Below the pieces are notes generated by a model. The model searched no databases, was not told the DNA's origin, and saw only the letters and a program-made list of their open reading frames with translations. Below, piece by piece: positions 40,988-49,766 of a stretch of 64,000 nt of DNA; the first letter of the stretch is position 1, and every line of letters starts with the position of its first letter. The DNA comes from a virus: positions 3,658 through 67,657 of IMG/VR virus record IMGVR_UViG_3300035661_000056. One strand, given 5' to 3'. Made by a program: the position numbers and the translations under genes.

Positions 40988-41260
40988 TTAAACTGCTTCT
41001 TTAACAACATTAGTCATTTTACTTGGGTCAAAGCGACGATAGCGATTTTTTAGGTCATATTTAACTAGCAATGTGTTTACATTAGCTAAATATTCATCAC
41101 GCAATTTGCCAAGTTCTTGACAGTATAATACTTGATCTTCTACTGATAGTTCGCTCAAATCAGTACCCTCAAACATTGTTGACGGGCTAATAATCGGCGA
41201 AATAACTCGATTAGATGTACTACCATCAGATTTAGTATATGTAAAAGAAATAATATTCAT
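40988..41260 (-). CDS. Hypothetical protein (WYL-like N-terminus)
   Basis: ISFTYTKSDGSTSNR; promoter TTGATT-17-TATAAT at 41289-41317. Confidence 0.55.
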   Translation of the reverse strand: MNIISFTYTKSDGSTSNRVISPIISPSTMFEGTDLSELSVEDQVLYCQELGKLRDEYLANVNTLLVKYDLKNRYRRFDPSKMTNVVKEAV

Positions 41261-41326
41261 AAAGACTGCTTTTTCTGTATAAAGAATAATTATACTATGA
41301 AATAGTGTGTAAATCAAGTATAAATT

Positions 41327-41590
41327 TTACGTTTTACTATATAAACCTTTATATAAGCTATCACGAAAACGATCTCCAAAACTTGGTACAATACAACTAA
41401 GGAAGATTAAAGGGGCAATAATTGTATTACTAATGAAAAATATTGCTACTAGCAAAAATACTGATAATATATCCTTACCGGTATTTTTGCGCTCTTTTAA
41501 AATAACAGGTAAAACTAATTCGTATAAAGAGGTAAAACTAGTAGTTATTGCAAAAATTGCGTACCAAAAAATATACTCAGTCATGGGCAT
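41327..41590 (-). CDS. Membrane protein
   Basis: Two hydrophobic segments. Confidence 0.55.
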   Translation of the reverse strand: MPMTEYIFWYAIFAITTSFTSLYELVLPVILKERKNTGKDILSVFLLVAIFFISNTIIAPLIFLSCIVPSFGDRFRDSLYKGLYSKT

Positions 41591-41966
41591 TTATATTTGC
41601 ACGACAAAAGATTGAGTACATACTTTTGTCTTTATTAACTACTAGAGTGTAGGGTCTATCCTTACGAGAGTTAGACAGAGCTGCACTTGCTATAGCAGCA
41701 TTGGATGACATAATGTCTTTATCAAATCTACCAGTAAATTGTTTAATAAGCTGCGCGGTACGTTTCCAGGTAGCAGACCACATACGAGTAGTAGGAGTCT
41801 TACGTCGATACACTACATTTTTCATAGCAATTTTAACTTGCTCATTATTAGGCTGTTTTTTTAATGTTTTAGCCAATTTACGAAGACGATTAGTCTCCCA
41901 TACACGTGAAGCTCTATACCTAGTTAGGTACATTTCCATACTTTTTCCACGAGATTGTTTAGCCAT
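41577..41966 (-). CDS. Hypothetical basic protein
   Basis: 129-aa Lys/Arg-rich ORF overlapping its neighbours. Confidence 0.6.
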   Translation of the reverse strand: MAKQSRGKSMEMYLTRYRASRVWETNRLRKLAKTLKKQPNNEQVKIAMKNVVYRRKTPTTRMWSATWKRTAQLIKQFTGRFDKDIMSSNAAIASAALSNSRKDRPYTLVVNKDKSMYSIFCRANINAHD

Positions 41967-42228
41967 TTACTATATTCCTTTTAAGAATAAAAATTTGACC
42001 TAGAGTACTTGGATAGGTAAGTACTGTAAGTGTAATTAGACCTAATTTACTAAATTCATTCATTAGTAGTATTACTGCTTGATTAGATATTTTAGGTATA
42101 CCTACTTCCATAAATTCTAGACTTATTGAATCTAACAGTTTAGGGTCAAGTATGGTATCAGTATACGGAATTAGATCTAATATTTTTGGTAGAGGATTAG
42201 CTACTATATCCTTCAACGAGTTTTTCAT
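41959..42228 (-). CDS. Hypothetical protein
   Basis: ORF in operon-like arrangement. Confidence 0.45.
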   Translation of the reverse strand: MKNSLKDIVANPLPKILDLIPYTDTILDPKLLDSISLEFMEVGIPKISNQAVILLMNEFSKLGLITLTVLTYPSTLGQIFILKRNIVNG

Positions 42229-42475
42229 ATAAAAAGTTTGCTAGTTGTTCTGAGTTTTTAACGTAATTATTTATACGAGCTAAAGTAAAGATAATTGAAT
42301 CAAGTTCCTCTACATATACTGGAAATGTACGCCCAATAGAATCAACCAATCTAACTATATTGTCATCAAATTCAATTTGATAAGTAAAAAGTTTACCCTC
42401 TGAGGTTTTAAAAAGCTTTTCTGTTCCTTCGGAACCAATTTGATCGTCTGGCACGGAGCATACTAAAAATTTCAT
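42197..42475 (-). CDS. Hypothetical protein
   Basis: 92-aa ORF with purine-rich RBS. Confidence 0.6.
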   Translation of the reverse strand: MKFLVCSVPDDQIGSEGTEKLFKTSEGKLFTYQIEFDDNIVRLVDSIGRTFPVYVEELDSIIFTLARINNYVKNSEQLANFLYEKLVEGYSS

Positions 42476-42501
42476 TAGTTTCTTTCTTTGGTTAATAAAC
42501 G

Positions 42502-42577
42502 TGGTGTGACTCCTGGGATTCGAACCCAGACCTTAAGAATTATGAGTTCTCGGCACTACCAATTATGCTAAAGTCAC
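42502..42577 (-). tRNA. tRNA-CAU (Met or Ile2)
   Basis: Cloverleaf, loop CUCAUAA, GGUUCGAAUCC, CCA. Confidence 0.9.
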
Positions 42578-43031
42578 TATTATTGGTATGACTGACTGGA
42601 ATCTAACAAATATATTCTATATTAACGAAGATACATAATTTAAGTCTACAGTGGCCTACTATTTTAGCCACATTTCCTAATTAAATTAGTCGAGCAGTAA
42701 AATAACTTTTTACTGCTCGACTAATTTTTATGATTAGTTCAGCATCAATAGCCTTACTAATGGGGCTTTAGGTATCATACTACAACAATTTCTATCATAA
42801 TACATCCTGTATGTTTAGTAGCTGTTTGGAGATAACAATCATTCCGCCCTACAAATTAAGTACGTATTGTCCTAAATACATATAAGGCACTTACTTTTAA
42901 GTAAGTGTGCTCTTATTATTTATTTAGGTACATCAGTTAAAGTGTTATGATTATTAGTATAGCTATTAGGCCTAACGGGAAATGCTTGTGCTTATTTCGT
43001 ATTAAACATTATCTGTATTTCTAAGTATAAA

Positions 43032-43586
43032 TTATATCAAATTTATATTACTATTGCAAGTCAAAATTTTTACTCGTTTTAGTTTTTCTAGAGAAATAGG
43101 GGTATAATCATCTAGTTGTTCCATACATACTGAGATATATCGCCTATCTGGAACATCTGTGCCTTCTATACTGACCACATTTGCGTGTAGATGTCCATGT
43201 ATATTAGCTTTACATTTACCTAGGCTACTAGGATGTACAGGAATATGGCTAAGCAGCATACCGTCTAATTGATGTGTGCCCCGTACATCTTTAAAGTATT
43301 TTAGATACTCGCCAGCAGGTTCAGTGTCGTGGTTTCCCCGAATAAGAATTTTTTCTCCATTCATTCTAAGAAGAATAGGTAGAAACTTTTTATTCATAGC
43401 TATATCTCCTAGCATATAAACCTTATCTTTCGGGCGTACAACTCTATTATGCTGCATAACTATATACTCATTCATATGGGCAGCATCTTTAAATACACGT
43501 AGGGGTGTCACTCCATCAGATCGAGTAAATTTCATGATGGATTCATGCCCAAAATGATAGTCACTAGCTAAAAAAATATTAGGCAT
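43032..43586 (-). CDS. Calcineurin-like metallophosphoesterase
   Basis: SDYHFGH, LGDI, GNHD, SHIP, IHGHLH. Confidence 0.92.
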   Translation of the reverse strand: MPNIFLASDYHFGHESIMKFTRSDGVTPLRVFKDAAHMNEYIVMQHNRVVRPKDKVYMLGDIAMNKKFLPILLRMNGEKILIRGNHDTEPAGEYLKYFKDVRGTHQLDGMLLSHIPVHPSSLGKCKANIHGHLHANVVSIEGTDVPDRRYISVCMEQLDDYTPISLEKLKRVKILTCNSNINLI

Positions 43587-43629
43587 AATTAAAATAGCCG
43601 CTCTAGGCGGCTTGAGTTTGAAATTTGAT

Positions 43630-43704
43630 TGGCGGCTTCAAGGGGTAACGATCCCCTTCCTCAACAGTGACAGTGTTGTGTGCATCCGTTAACACTTTAA
43701 AGCC
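43630..43704 (-). tRNA. tRNA-Asp(GUC)
   Basis: Loop CUGUCAC, T-loop AUCGUUA, CCA. Confidence 0.85.
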
Positions 43705-43813
43705 GTTAACTACTTTATCAGTCTATAACTAATAACCCAAATTTACGTATTCGGCACGAAACTATAATATATTTTATTACCGGTTTTTCTTGTGAATTAT
43801 ATGTTTCTTATTT

Positions 43814-43888
43814 TGGTACACCCTGACGGATTCGAACCGCCAACCTTCGCCATGTAAAAGCACTATTCTACCGTTGAACTAAGGATGT
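43814..43888 (-). tRNA. tRNA-Val(UAC)
   Basis: Loop UUUACAU, GGUUCGAAUCC, CCA. Confidence 0.85.
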
Positions 43889-43893
43889 ATTGT

Positions 43894-43967
43894 TGGAGCG
43901 AAATACCAGAATCGAACCGGTAACTCCTACTTGGAAGGAAGGTGTTTTACCATTAAACTAATTTCGC
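43894..43967 (-). tRNA. tRNA-Gly(UCC)
   Basis: Loop CUUCCAA, U73, CCA. Confidence 0.88.
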
Positions 43968-44230
43968 ATTTATTATATTTAAATTTCCATTTCTGAAAAA
44001 GTTATAGAGCCTTTTGTTAGGTAAAGACTATCGAATTTTTTCATAATATAATTATACCAATTAATGAAACGCTTTTCAATTATATATTTGATATATTCTA
44101 AATGACTGGACTCTTGAATCAACTTTGGTTAGTTACATTCTACCATTAAACTAACCACTTGTATATTGAACTAGGTAATATACTACTAGTTCAATATACA
44201 AGTGTTGAGAACACTACACTAGAAATAACA

Positions 44231-44530
44231 TTAAAAAGGTATATCGTCATAGTCTATGAAAGGAATTGACGTATCCATGCCGTTAATCATATTGTGCGAA
44301 TCTAAATGATCTGAAAAGGTTTCAACTTCAATACTAGAAGCACTAAACTTAGTCTTTAATTTATCCAGTACTTCCGGTATGAACCGAATAATACCTTTTT
44401 TATCCATAAAGATTAGGTATTCGTAATCGTGTTCAACTATAGAATCAACTCTACAGTTTTTATATTTACCAATAGGCAACATGTCTAGTAAACCTAGACC
44501 CTTTTTAATATTTGAAAATGTTTTAGCCAT
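44231..44530 (-). CDS. Hypothetical protein (DUF3820/ExoX C-terminal-like)
   Basis: LPIGKYKN...DYEYL motif; acidic DDIPF tail. Confidence 0.55.
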   Translation of the reverse strand: MAKTFSNIKKGLGLLDMLPIGKYKNCRVDSIVEHDYEYLIFMDKKGIIRFIPEVLDKLKTKFSASSIEVETFSDHLDSHNMINGMDTSIPFIDYDDIPF

Positions 44531-44613
44531 ATATTATCGTACGCTTTGCTAGCAAACAATATAAATTATCTCACTTAAGCAGAATACAGTAATATAATGA
44601 CGTCACCACTACA

Positions 44614-45228
44614 CTAGCCTACTAGTCTGGTCTTGTTTTTTTCTTCTAATTCTGCTAATTCACGACGTGTTGCAATACGTTTATTCATTCTAGCGGCTAC
44701 TTCGTCTACATCCATCCATAGATCACGACCTGCTAGAATTTCATTAATTTCTGAAGGAGTAAGAAAGTCTTCGTACACTTCCTTAAATAGTTTTTCTGAC
44801 CATTTACGTTCATGATTTACTTGAGCGTATTGTTCCACCCCTTTACCGTAAGTACCTCCTGAAAAAGTATGTACCATGAAACTGGAGTGAGGAGTTATTT
44901 CAAATATATGTGCGCTCAAGAAAATTAAGGTAGCAGCACTAGCACACATACCCTCTACAGAGCAAGTTACGGTTGCATTAGTTTCACTAAGAACTCGCAT
45001 GAATTGTATTGCGGTGGACATATCTCCACCATAGCTATTAATATAAATTTTTACATCATCGTCTTCACGCGCATGACGAATCTGGTCAAAAATATGAATA
45101 TAGTCTTCTGGACTAGTAATCGTACCTGAGATATAATACTCGTATAAAGTAGATATATTCTTAGGTCTTACTATACCCTTATTTGATGGTATTAATACAC
45201 TCTCAATATTGTCATCAGTATTATCCAT
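44614..45228 (-). CDS. ClpP-like protease
   Basis: YINSYGG, GMCASAAT (Ser), FMVH (His), DLWM. Confidence 0.88.
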   Translation of the reverse strand: MDNTDDNIESVLIPSNKGIVRPKNISTLYEYYISGTITSPEDYIHIFDQIRHAREDDDVKIYINSYGGDMSTAIQFMRVLSETNATVTCSVEGMCASAATLIFLSAHIFEITPHSSFMVHTFSGGTYGKGVEQYAQVNHERKWSEKLFKEVYEDFLTPSEINEILAGRDLWMDVDEVAARMNKRIATRRELAELEEKNKTRLVG

Positions 45229-45424
45229 CAGTATCCTTTACTATTTTCCACCCTTTTATAGAGGGTTTTTCTACCATTTAGAACTTGATAGAGATCACTA
45301 TTATTTAAGTTATACTCTTACCAAATTTACGTATATTATCTACGGTGTAGGGCTTCCACCTACTGCTAATCAAACTTTGTAAGTGATTAATCTGCCTTAG
45401 TATTAGTATTAATAAGGACTTTAT

Positions 45425-45495
45425 TGGATGCGGGGGCCGTACTCGAAACGACTAGGTAAGACTTATGAGGACTCCCTATACCCTGAATCCCCGCA
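45425..45495 (-). tRNA. tRNA-CAU, initiator-like acceptor, reduced D-arm
   Basis: UGCGGGG/CCCCGCA acceptor, loop CUCAUAA, CCA; D-arm region very short. Confidence 0.55.
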
Positions 45496-45652
45496 TTACT
45501 CTAATTTATACGCTGAAATACTCATATTGAAGCAGCACTCTACTAATTGGCTATGCTACAGTATATTTGTTCAGTATATTTGCTTAAAGAATTATTATAA
45601 CACTTTAAGCAAATATAAATCAAGCCAGAAATTTCTGGCTTGATTAACTATA

Positions 45653-46102
45653 CTATACGGTTAGTAGCTTATTAGTAATGTCTTTACTAGAAGTACCTAT
45701 AGTTATTGTTTTTGGTTTTTTAGACTCTGGTACAATTTTAGTAATACCAATAGTTAAAAGTCCATTTTCAAAACTAGACCCTACTACTTCCATGTCTGGA
45801 TCAAGACCCCATCTACGCTCGAAGGCTTTTTTACTAATACCCTCGTACTGATACTCAATAGCGTCATCATTTTTGAGCTGTTTGGCGCCGGAAACAATAA
45901 GCTGGTTATCATTAACTAATACGGTAATATCTTTAGCAGAATATCCAGCTAAAGCAATATTGATAACCCAATTATTTCCTTTTCTGATTATGTCAGATGG
46001 GGGAAATAGGACATACTTTTGAATACTCGTAGAACGGGCATTCTCCATACGATCTACTAAATTTTGAAAATTTAACAAAAACATACTTGCTACATCATTC
46101 AT
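45653..46102 (-). CDS. Small heat shock protein (Hsp20/IbpA-like)
   Basis: FPP.DI, IALAGY, GISKKAFER, FENGLLTI...VPESKKPKTI. Confidence 0.92.
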   Translation of the reverse strand: MNDVASMFLLNFQNLVDRMENARSTSIQKYVLFPPSDIIRKGNNWVINIALAGYSAKDITVLVNDNQLIVSGAKQLKNDDAIEYQYEGISKKAFERRWGLDPDMEVVGSSFENGLLTIGITKIVPESKKPKTITIGTSSKDITNKLLTV

Positions 46103-46160
46103 ACTAATCTCCTATATTAAGCAAGATTACAAAAACAGCAGACCCATCATTGGCATCTGC
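46103..46160 (-). promoter_or_regulatory. ROSE-like RNA thermometer in hsp20 leader
   Basis: AUCUUGCU-UAAUAU-AGGAGAU hairpin pairs UUGCU (bulged G) with the SD; a second hairpin GCAGAUGCC...GGGUCUGC lies upstream. Confidence 0.6.
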
Positions 46161-46174
46161 ATGAATAATATATC

Positions 46175-46248
46175 TGGCATCGACCCAAGGATTCGAACCT
46201 TGACTGTTGCTTTTGGAGAACAAAGTGCTGCCATTACACTAGGTGGAT
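46175..46248 (-). tRNA. tRNA-Trp(CCA)
   Basis: Loop CUCCAAA, G73, CCA. Confidence 0.88.
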
Positions 46249-46284
46249 GTATATTGTTAACCAGTTAGGTAACTAGTTAAAACC

Positions 46285-46378
46285 TGGCGGGTAATGTAGG
46301 ATTCGAACCTACGGGACTCTTATTAAGAAATCCGGCTCTTTAGCAAAGAGCTGCAATCGGCCTCTCTGCCAATTACCC
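46285..46378 (-). tRNA. tRNA-Ser(GCU)
   Basis: Loop UUGCUAA, long variable arm, CCA. Confidence 0.9.
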
Positions 46379-46381
46379 GAA

Positions 46382-46475
46382 AATTCTAGAATATGTGATG
46401 CTCAGATTCACCTTACGGTGAAGGGTTTGATTATAGTCAGAAAGTAAGAAGTAAGAGCATCTATCGCTAAGAATT
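46382..46475 (-). ncRNA. Y RNA-like element 4
   Basis: AAUUCUUAG-CGAUA-GAUGCUC-UUACUUC...GAGCAUC-ACAUAUU-CUAGAAUU. Confidence 0.65.
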
Positions 46476-46485
46476 AAGAATAATG

Positions 46486-46553
46486 CCTGTAACAGGTATA
46501 ACCGAACGTTTTTAGAAAACAAAATTAAGAAGTAACGGTTATTATCAACAAGG
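46486..46553 (-). ncRNA. Y RNA-like element 3
   Basis: CCUUGU-UGAUA-AUAACCG-UUACUUC...CGGUUAU-ACCUGUU-ACAGG. Confidence 0.62.
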
Positions 46554-46555
46554 AC

Positions 46556-46637
46556 TTAGATTGTTAGAACAATAAGGAGTAAAAGGAGATGGTTTAAAAA
46601 GCGAAATACCTATTACTACCGCTATCTAACAGTCTAA
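46556..46637 (-). ncRNA. Y RNA-like element 2 (more divergent)
   Basis: UUAGACUGUUAG..AG-CGGUA-GUAAUAGG-UAUUUC...CCUUUUAC...UUGUU-CUAACAAUCUAA. Confidence 0.5.
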
Positions 46638-46659
46638 ATCCTCGAAAGGATTTAAAGCT

Positions 46660-47060
46660 TCAATTTTGGACAAGGGCTGGCTACCTTTAGAGCATGAATT
46701 AATGCTGCACTCCCTGGTTCTGATGGGCTGACTACCATTCCTAGCGTACATTTATTTAATTACTTAATTACTGAGCTGGGTTCCGTTGATAAGACGCGTA
46801 GGACTGACTACCTACTAAAGTACTGATCCATATTTGGAGTTATCAGCTCCGAGTTACCCAATCTAGGCCTAGTCTCGGTTTATAGCTTTGTCGTCAGATC
46901 ATTAACATACTAGAGCATCCGAGTTGGGTATTAGTGATAGGTAAGATATAGTGAGTTACGAGGTATAGCTTACTCTAGCACGTATTAGTAGTACCGCTGT
47001 TAACGGCTTCAGGAATTCCGGTCCTCTTGACTACCTTAGTAGCAATCAGTACATACCACC
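46660..47060 (-). ncRNA. Unidentified ~400-nt structured RNA downstream of Ro60
   Basis: No ORF in the track; long-range helices and three hairpins sharing the loop UAGYCAGY. Confidence 0.55.
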
Positions 47061-47063
47061 TAT

Positions 47064-48446
47064 TTACCTACTATTTTCACTTTCACGAATATAGTCTACC
47101 ATAGACTCCGAGAATCCTGTAATAGTAATCCATTCATTACTATTAATGCCGTTCCTATAAGAGCCTACATTAGCAATGTAATTTTGACCTTCTTTTCCAA
47201 GACGCTTAGCCTTAGATGGATCAAAATTACGGCCCGATAGACTTGTATCCATTTCGTCAGTGAAGACAATAACACGATCTACAATGTTGGAATTTTCTTT
47301 ATCGGCGATATAGGACATTGTTTGCACAAAGAAGATTCCTCCTTCTCCAATTTTAAACCGTACTTCAGGAGAAGTAATATACTCAGAAAGAGCAAATCCA
47401 CGACGAGTGGGGATAAGCATTGTTGCGTGTCGGCGAGTAAAATCGTCACCTGCCGTAGCATAGATAACAACATCTTCACAAATTTCCCGAGCTAAAATAG
47501 CTAAGGCACATGCTGCATCAATACGTGTAATATCAGACTTACCTGATACTTTATCCCGCATTGATCCACTAGTATCAACTACTAGAACTGTGCGCCCAGG
47601 CAGTTTCTCTACGGTAGACAGAGAGCGAAACATCATAGCTTCTAGCATATCCTCAAGTTGAGGAACAATACGTGCTGCGGCAATATAACGGAAAGGAAGA
47701 ACCTTATCCACATTTACACTAGCTGCGTAAGTTCTGATTTCAGACTCAGGTACACCAGCTTGAGTCATATTACGCAAATTACGTAGAAACGCTAAAGCAC
47801 CTAGTTTCTTTTCACTCATTAGTCGAGAGAAAGTTTCGGCCTTGTCTGCTCCACTAGAAAGCTGCACTTCCCAAGTGTCAGGAGTTGCTAATTCCTGATT
47901 AGCAACACGTTTGAACAGAGCTTCTTGTTCTTCATCCTTAGGCTTAACATGAGACAAGAACATAACATCTCGTATAGAAACGTTAGCGGAGGCCTTGTTA
48001 TATTTAGCTAGCTGGTACTCGTTAAATTTAACGAAGGCCTGTGCAAGTCCCTTTTTTACTTGATTGGCAATAGGGGTTTTACCCTCCATCCAGTACAAGT
48101 TAAGAAACTCTCCCATTTCATCTGCTCGTTGACATACTTCATTAAGTACGGAGGCTTTCAGCTTTCCAATACGAGCAAGCTCACGAACAAGCAATAGAGG
48201 CACATGACGTAGCTTATAGATATGACGTGCAGTAATTGCAAGTTCGGCTACCTTTTCAGGAGCAACCTTAGGGACTAGGGATTTAATCAAATCTACATGG
48301 CTTACACCATCTAAATAGAATTGATTCTCCCATAGCAAGGAAGCCAGAACTAAACGATTCAATTGCTTTTCAGCAGAGATGCTATTAACTAGCGTACCTA
48401 CACCATTAGACTCCATACCGCGAATACGACGATTTAAACTGGACAT
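47064..48446 (-). CDS. rsr: Ro60/Rsr (TROVE + vWA) RNA-binding protein
   Basis: LRHVPLLL, QRADE, KKGLA.AF.KFNEYQLAKY, TWEV.LS, LRNLRN, LPFRY; MIDAS DTSGSM and FTDE. Confidence 0.93.
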   Translation of the reverse strand: MSSLNRRIRGMESNGVGTLVNSISAEKQLNRLVLASLLWENQFYLDGVSHVDLIKSLVPKVAPEKVAELAITARHIYKLRHVPLLLVRELARIGKLKASVLNEVCQRADEMGEFLNLYWMEGKTPIANQVKKGLAQAFVKFNEYQLAKYNKASANVSIRDVMFLSHVKPKDEEQEALFKRVANQELATPDTWEVQLSSGADKAETFSRLMSEKKLGALAFLRNLRNMTQAGVPESEIRTYAASVNVDKVLPFRYIAAARIVPQLEDMLEAMMFRSLSTVEKLPGRTVLVVDTSGSMRDKVSGKSDITRIDAACALAILAREICEDVVIYATAGDDFTRRHATMLIPTRRGFALSEYITSPEVRFKIGEGGIFFVQTMSYIADKENSNIVDRVIVFTDEMDTSLSGRNFDPSKAKRLGKEGQNYIANVGSYRNGINSNEWITITGFSESMVDYIRESENSR

Positions 48447-48473
48447 TTGGTTTCTTTCGTGTTTATTAAATGA

Positions 48474-48589
48474 ATTCTTAGAATACGCGAGATCAGATAT
48501 TGTGCCCTACTAGGGGCATCATTGCGATGAATCGAGCATAGACTAGTTTAGTATGTATATGAAGTATCTGATCTCTGTCACTAAAGAAT
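48474..48589 (-). ncRNA. Y RNA-like element 1, upstream of Ro60
   Basis: UUCUUUAG-UGACA-GAGAUCAGAUA-CUUC...UAUCUGAUCUC-GCGUAUU-CUAAGAA, directly after a TATAAT box. Confidence 0.65.
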
Positions 48590-48590
48590 A

Positions 48591-48619
48591 ATTATAAGGC
48601 ATTTAACTTAAAAATTCAA
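48591..48619 (-). promoter_or_regulatory. sigma70-type promoter of the Ro60 / Y RNA-like unit
   Basis: TTGAAT-17bp-TATAAT. Confidence 0.7.
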
Positions 48620-48755
48620 CTTCAAAAATTTGAAGTTGATCGAGAATTACTTTATTTACAAATTGATTGAATGTAATATCTAATTTATGTGCTTCCATTG
48701 CTAATACGTTAAATTCTTCTTCGGTTAGTTGAATTTCTACAGTTTCTGACGACAT
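48603..48755 (-). CDS. Small hypothetical protein (ribbon-helix-helix-like)
   Basis: 50 aa MSSETVEIQLTEEEFNVLAMEAHKLDITFNQFVNKVI... Confidence 0.45.
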   Translation of the reverse strand: MSSETVEIQLTEEEFNVLAMEAHKLDITFNQFVNKVILDQLQIFEVEFLS

Positions 48756-48770
48756 ATAAACTTTCTTGTT

Positions 48771-48849
48771 TGACTCCACATCTGAGTAATGATCTCAGTC
48801 AATCTCTGGCTAACAGCCAGGCCCATATCCATATTCGGGTTCTGCGGAA
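48771..48849 (-). tRNA. Atypical tRNA-Asn(GUU)
   Basis: UUCCGCA/UGUGGAG acceptor, loop CUGUUAG, T-loop AUCAUUA; CCA not fully encoded. Confidence 0.55.
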
Positions 48850-49224
48850 TAAAATTGGTTGTATACTACTTATCACCATATACAATGGGGATTATTTTAA
48901 TAATCGGGCTAATAATTAAACTTAGATCCTTACATAATTAAACCTGTTGCTCCACCATTAGGCAGTAATTAGATCACTTCACCCCAATAGTTTTTGGAAT
49001 TCATAAAACGAAAGTACTGGTACTCTAGTAATTCAACTTGAGCAGTTGAGGTTGGGTTATGTGCAGCAATCCAATCTTCTAGAGACGGTTTTTCTTTAAA
49101 CCAACTACGCATTATAACAAATAGATTTTGCATTAGTAGTACCTACTAATATTTTTAGGGTTTACTTTAATATCCCTATAAAGGTTTGCGTACCAATTAG
49201 CGAATTTAGTTAGTAACTTGCTAA

Positions 49225-49461
49225 TCATTTAGAGGGTTTTCCGTCTACAAATGTACCCCATTTTCTAGCCAACTCAATTACTTCTTCAAAAGAAGGATAT
49301 TTTGGCATATACTTTGTTATGGCATCAGTATACAATTGACCCATATTAACTGCTTCTTTAAGCATTGCTTCTGCAAATTTGCTGTTTGCAATAAATTCTT
49401 TTTCTAGATGATCGTGCGCCAGCGCAATCAGATCATAACGAATTTCAAATGGACTTTTCAT
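49225..49461 (-). CDS. Hypothetical phage protein
   Basis: MKSPFEIRYDLI...YPSFEEVIELARKW.FV, with GGAGG RBS. Confidence 0.7.
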   Translation of the reverse strand: MKSPFEIRYDLIALAHDHLEKEFIANSKFAEAMLKEAVNMGQLYTDAITKYMPKYPSFEEVIELARKWGTFVDGKPSK

Positions 49462-49518
49462 GTAGCCTCCTGTGTGTTGTGTAGCATACTTTAGTGTATT
49501 ATATACACTAAAGTATGC

Positions 49519-49599
49519 GAACTCATTGCAAGTAGGACTCGAACCTACACAGTCTCCGCAAAGGGGAAACATTCTAGCCAGTTAAATTATTGCGAGTTC
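49519..49599 (-). tRNA. tRNA-like element (UUU at anticodon position, bulged extended acceptor)
   Basis: Canonical T-arm GUAGG-UUCGAGU-CCUAC and D-arm, loop CCUUUGC, no CCA. Confidence 0.45.
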
Positions 49600-49766
49600 T
49601 ACGGGTCATGACTCCCGTAAATGGTGTAGAGTAATTACTTCTACACCATATTTAAGTACTATTAATAATGTCTTTTTATATTGACACGTATAGTTTTCGT
49701 ATGCGCCAAAGCTACTAATAAGGGCAACAAGCTTTATTAGCCTATGCCTACAATAATACTTAAATA

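Noticed and set aside
42584-42610. Additional tRNA after tRNA-CAU (similar fragments at ~44105-44160 and ~45340-45400)
   Set aside because: Only partial arms; no complete cloverleaf, likely remnants
46382-46637. Mini-CRISPR array from the repeated AAGAAGTAA motif
   Set aside because: Shared sequence is short and sits within variable paired stems; fits structured RNA copies better
46940-46956. Group I intron S-like sequence AAGATATAGT on the + strand
   Set aside because: No P, Q or R partners and no interrupted gene; opposite to local transcription
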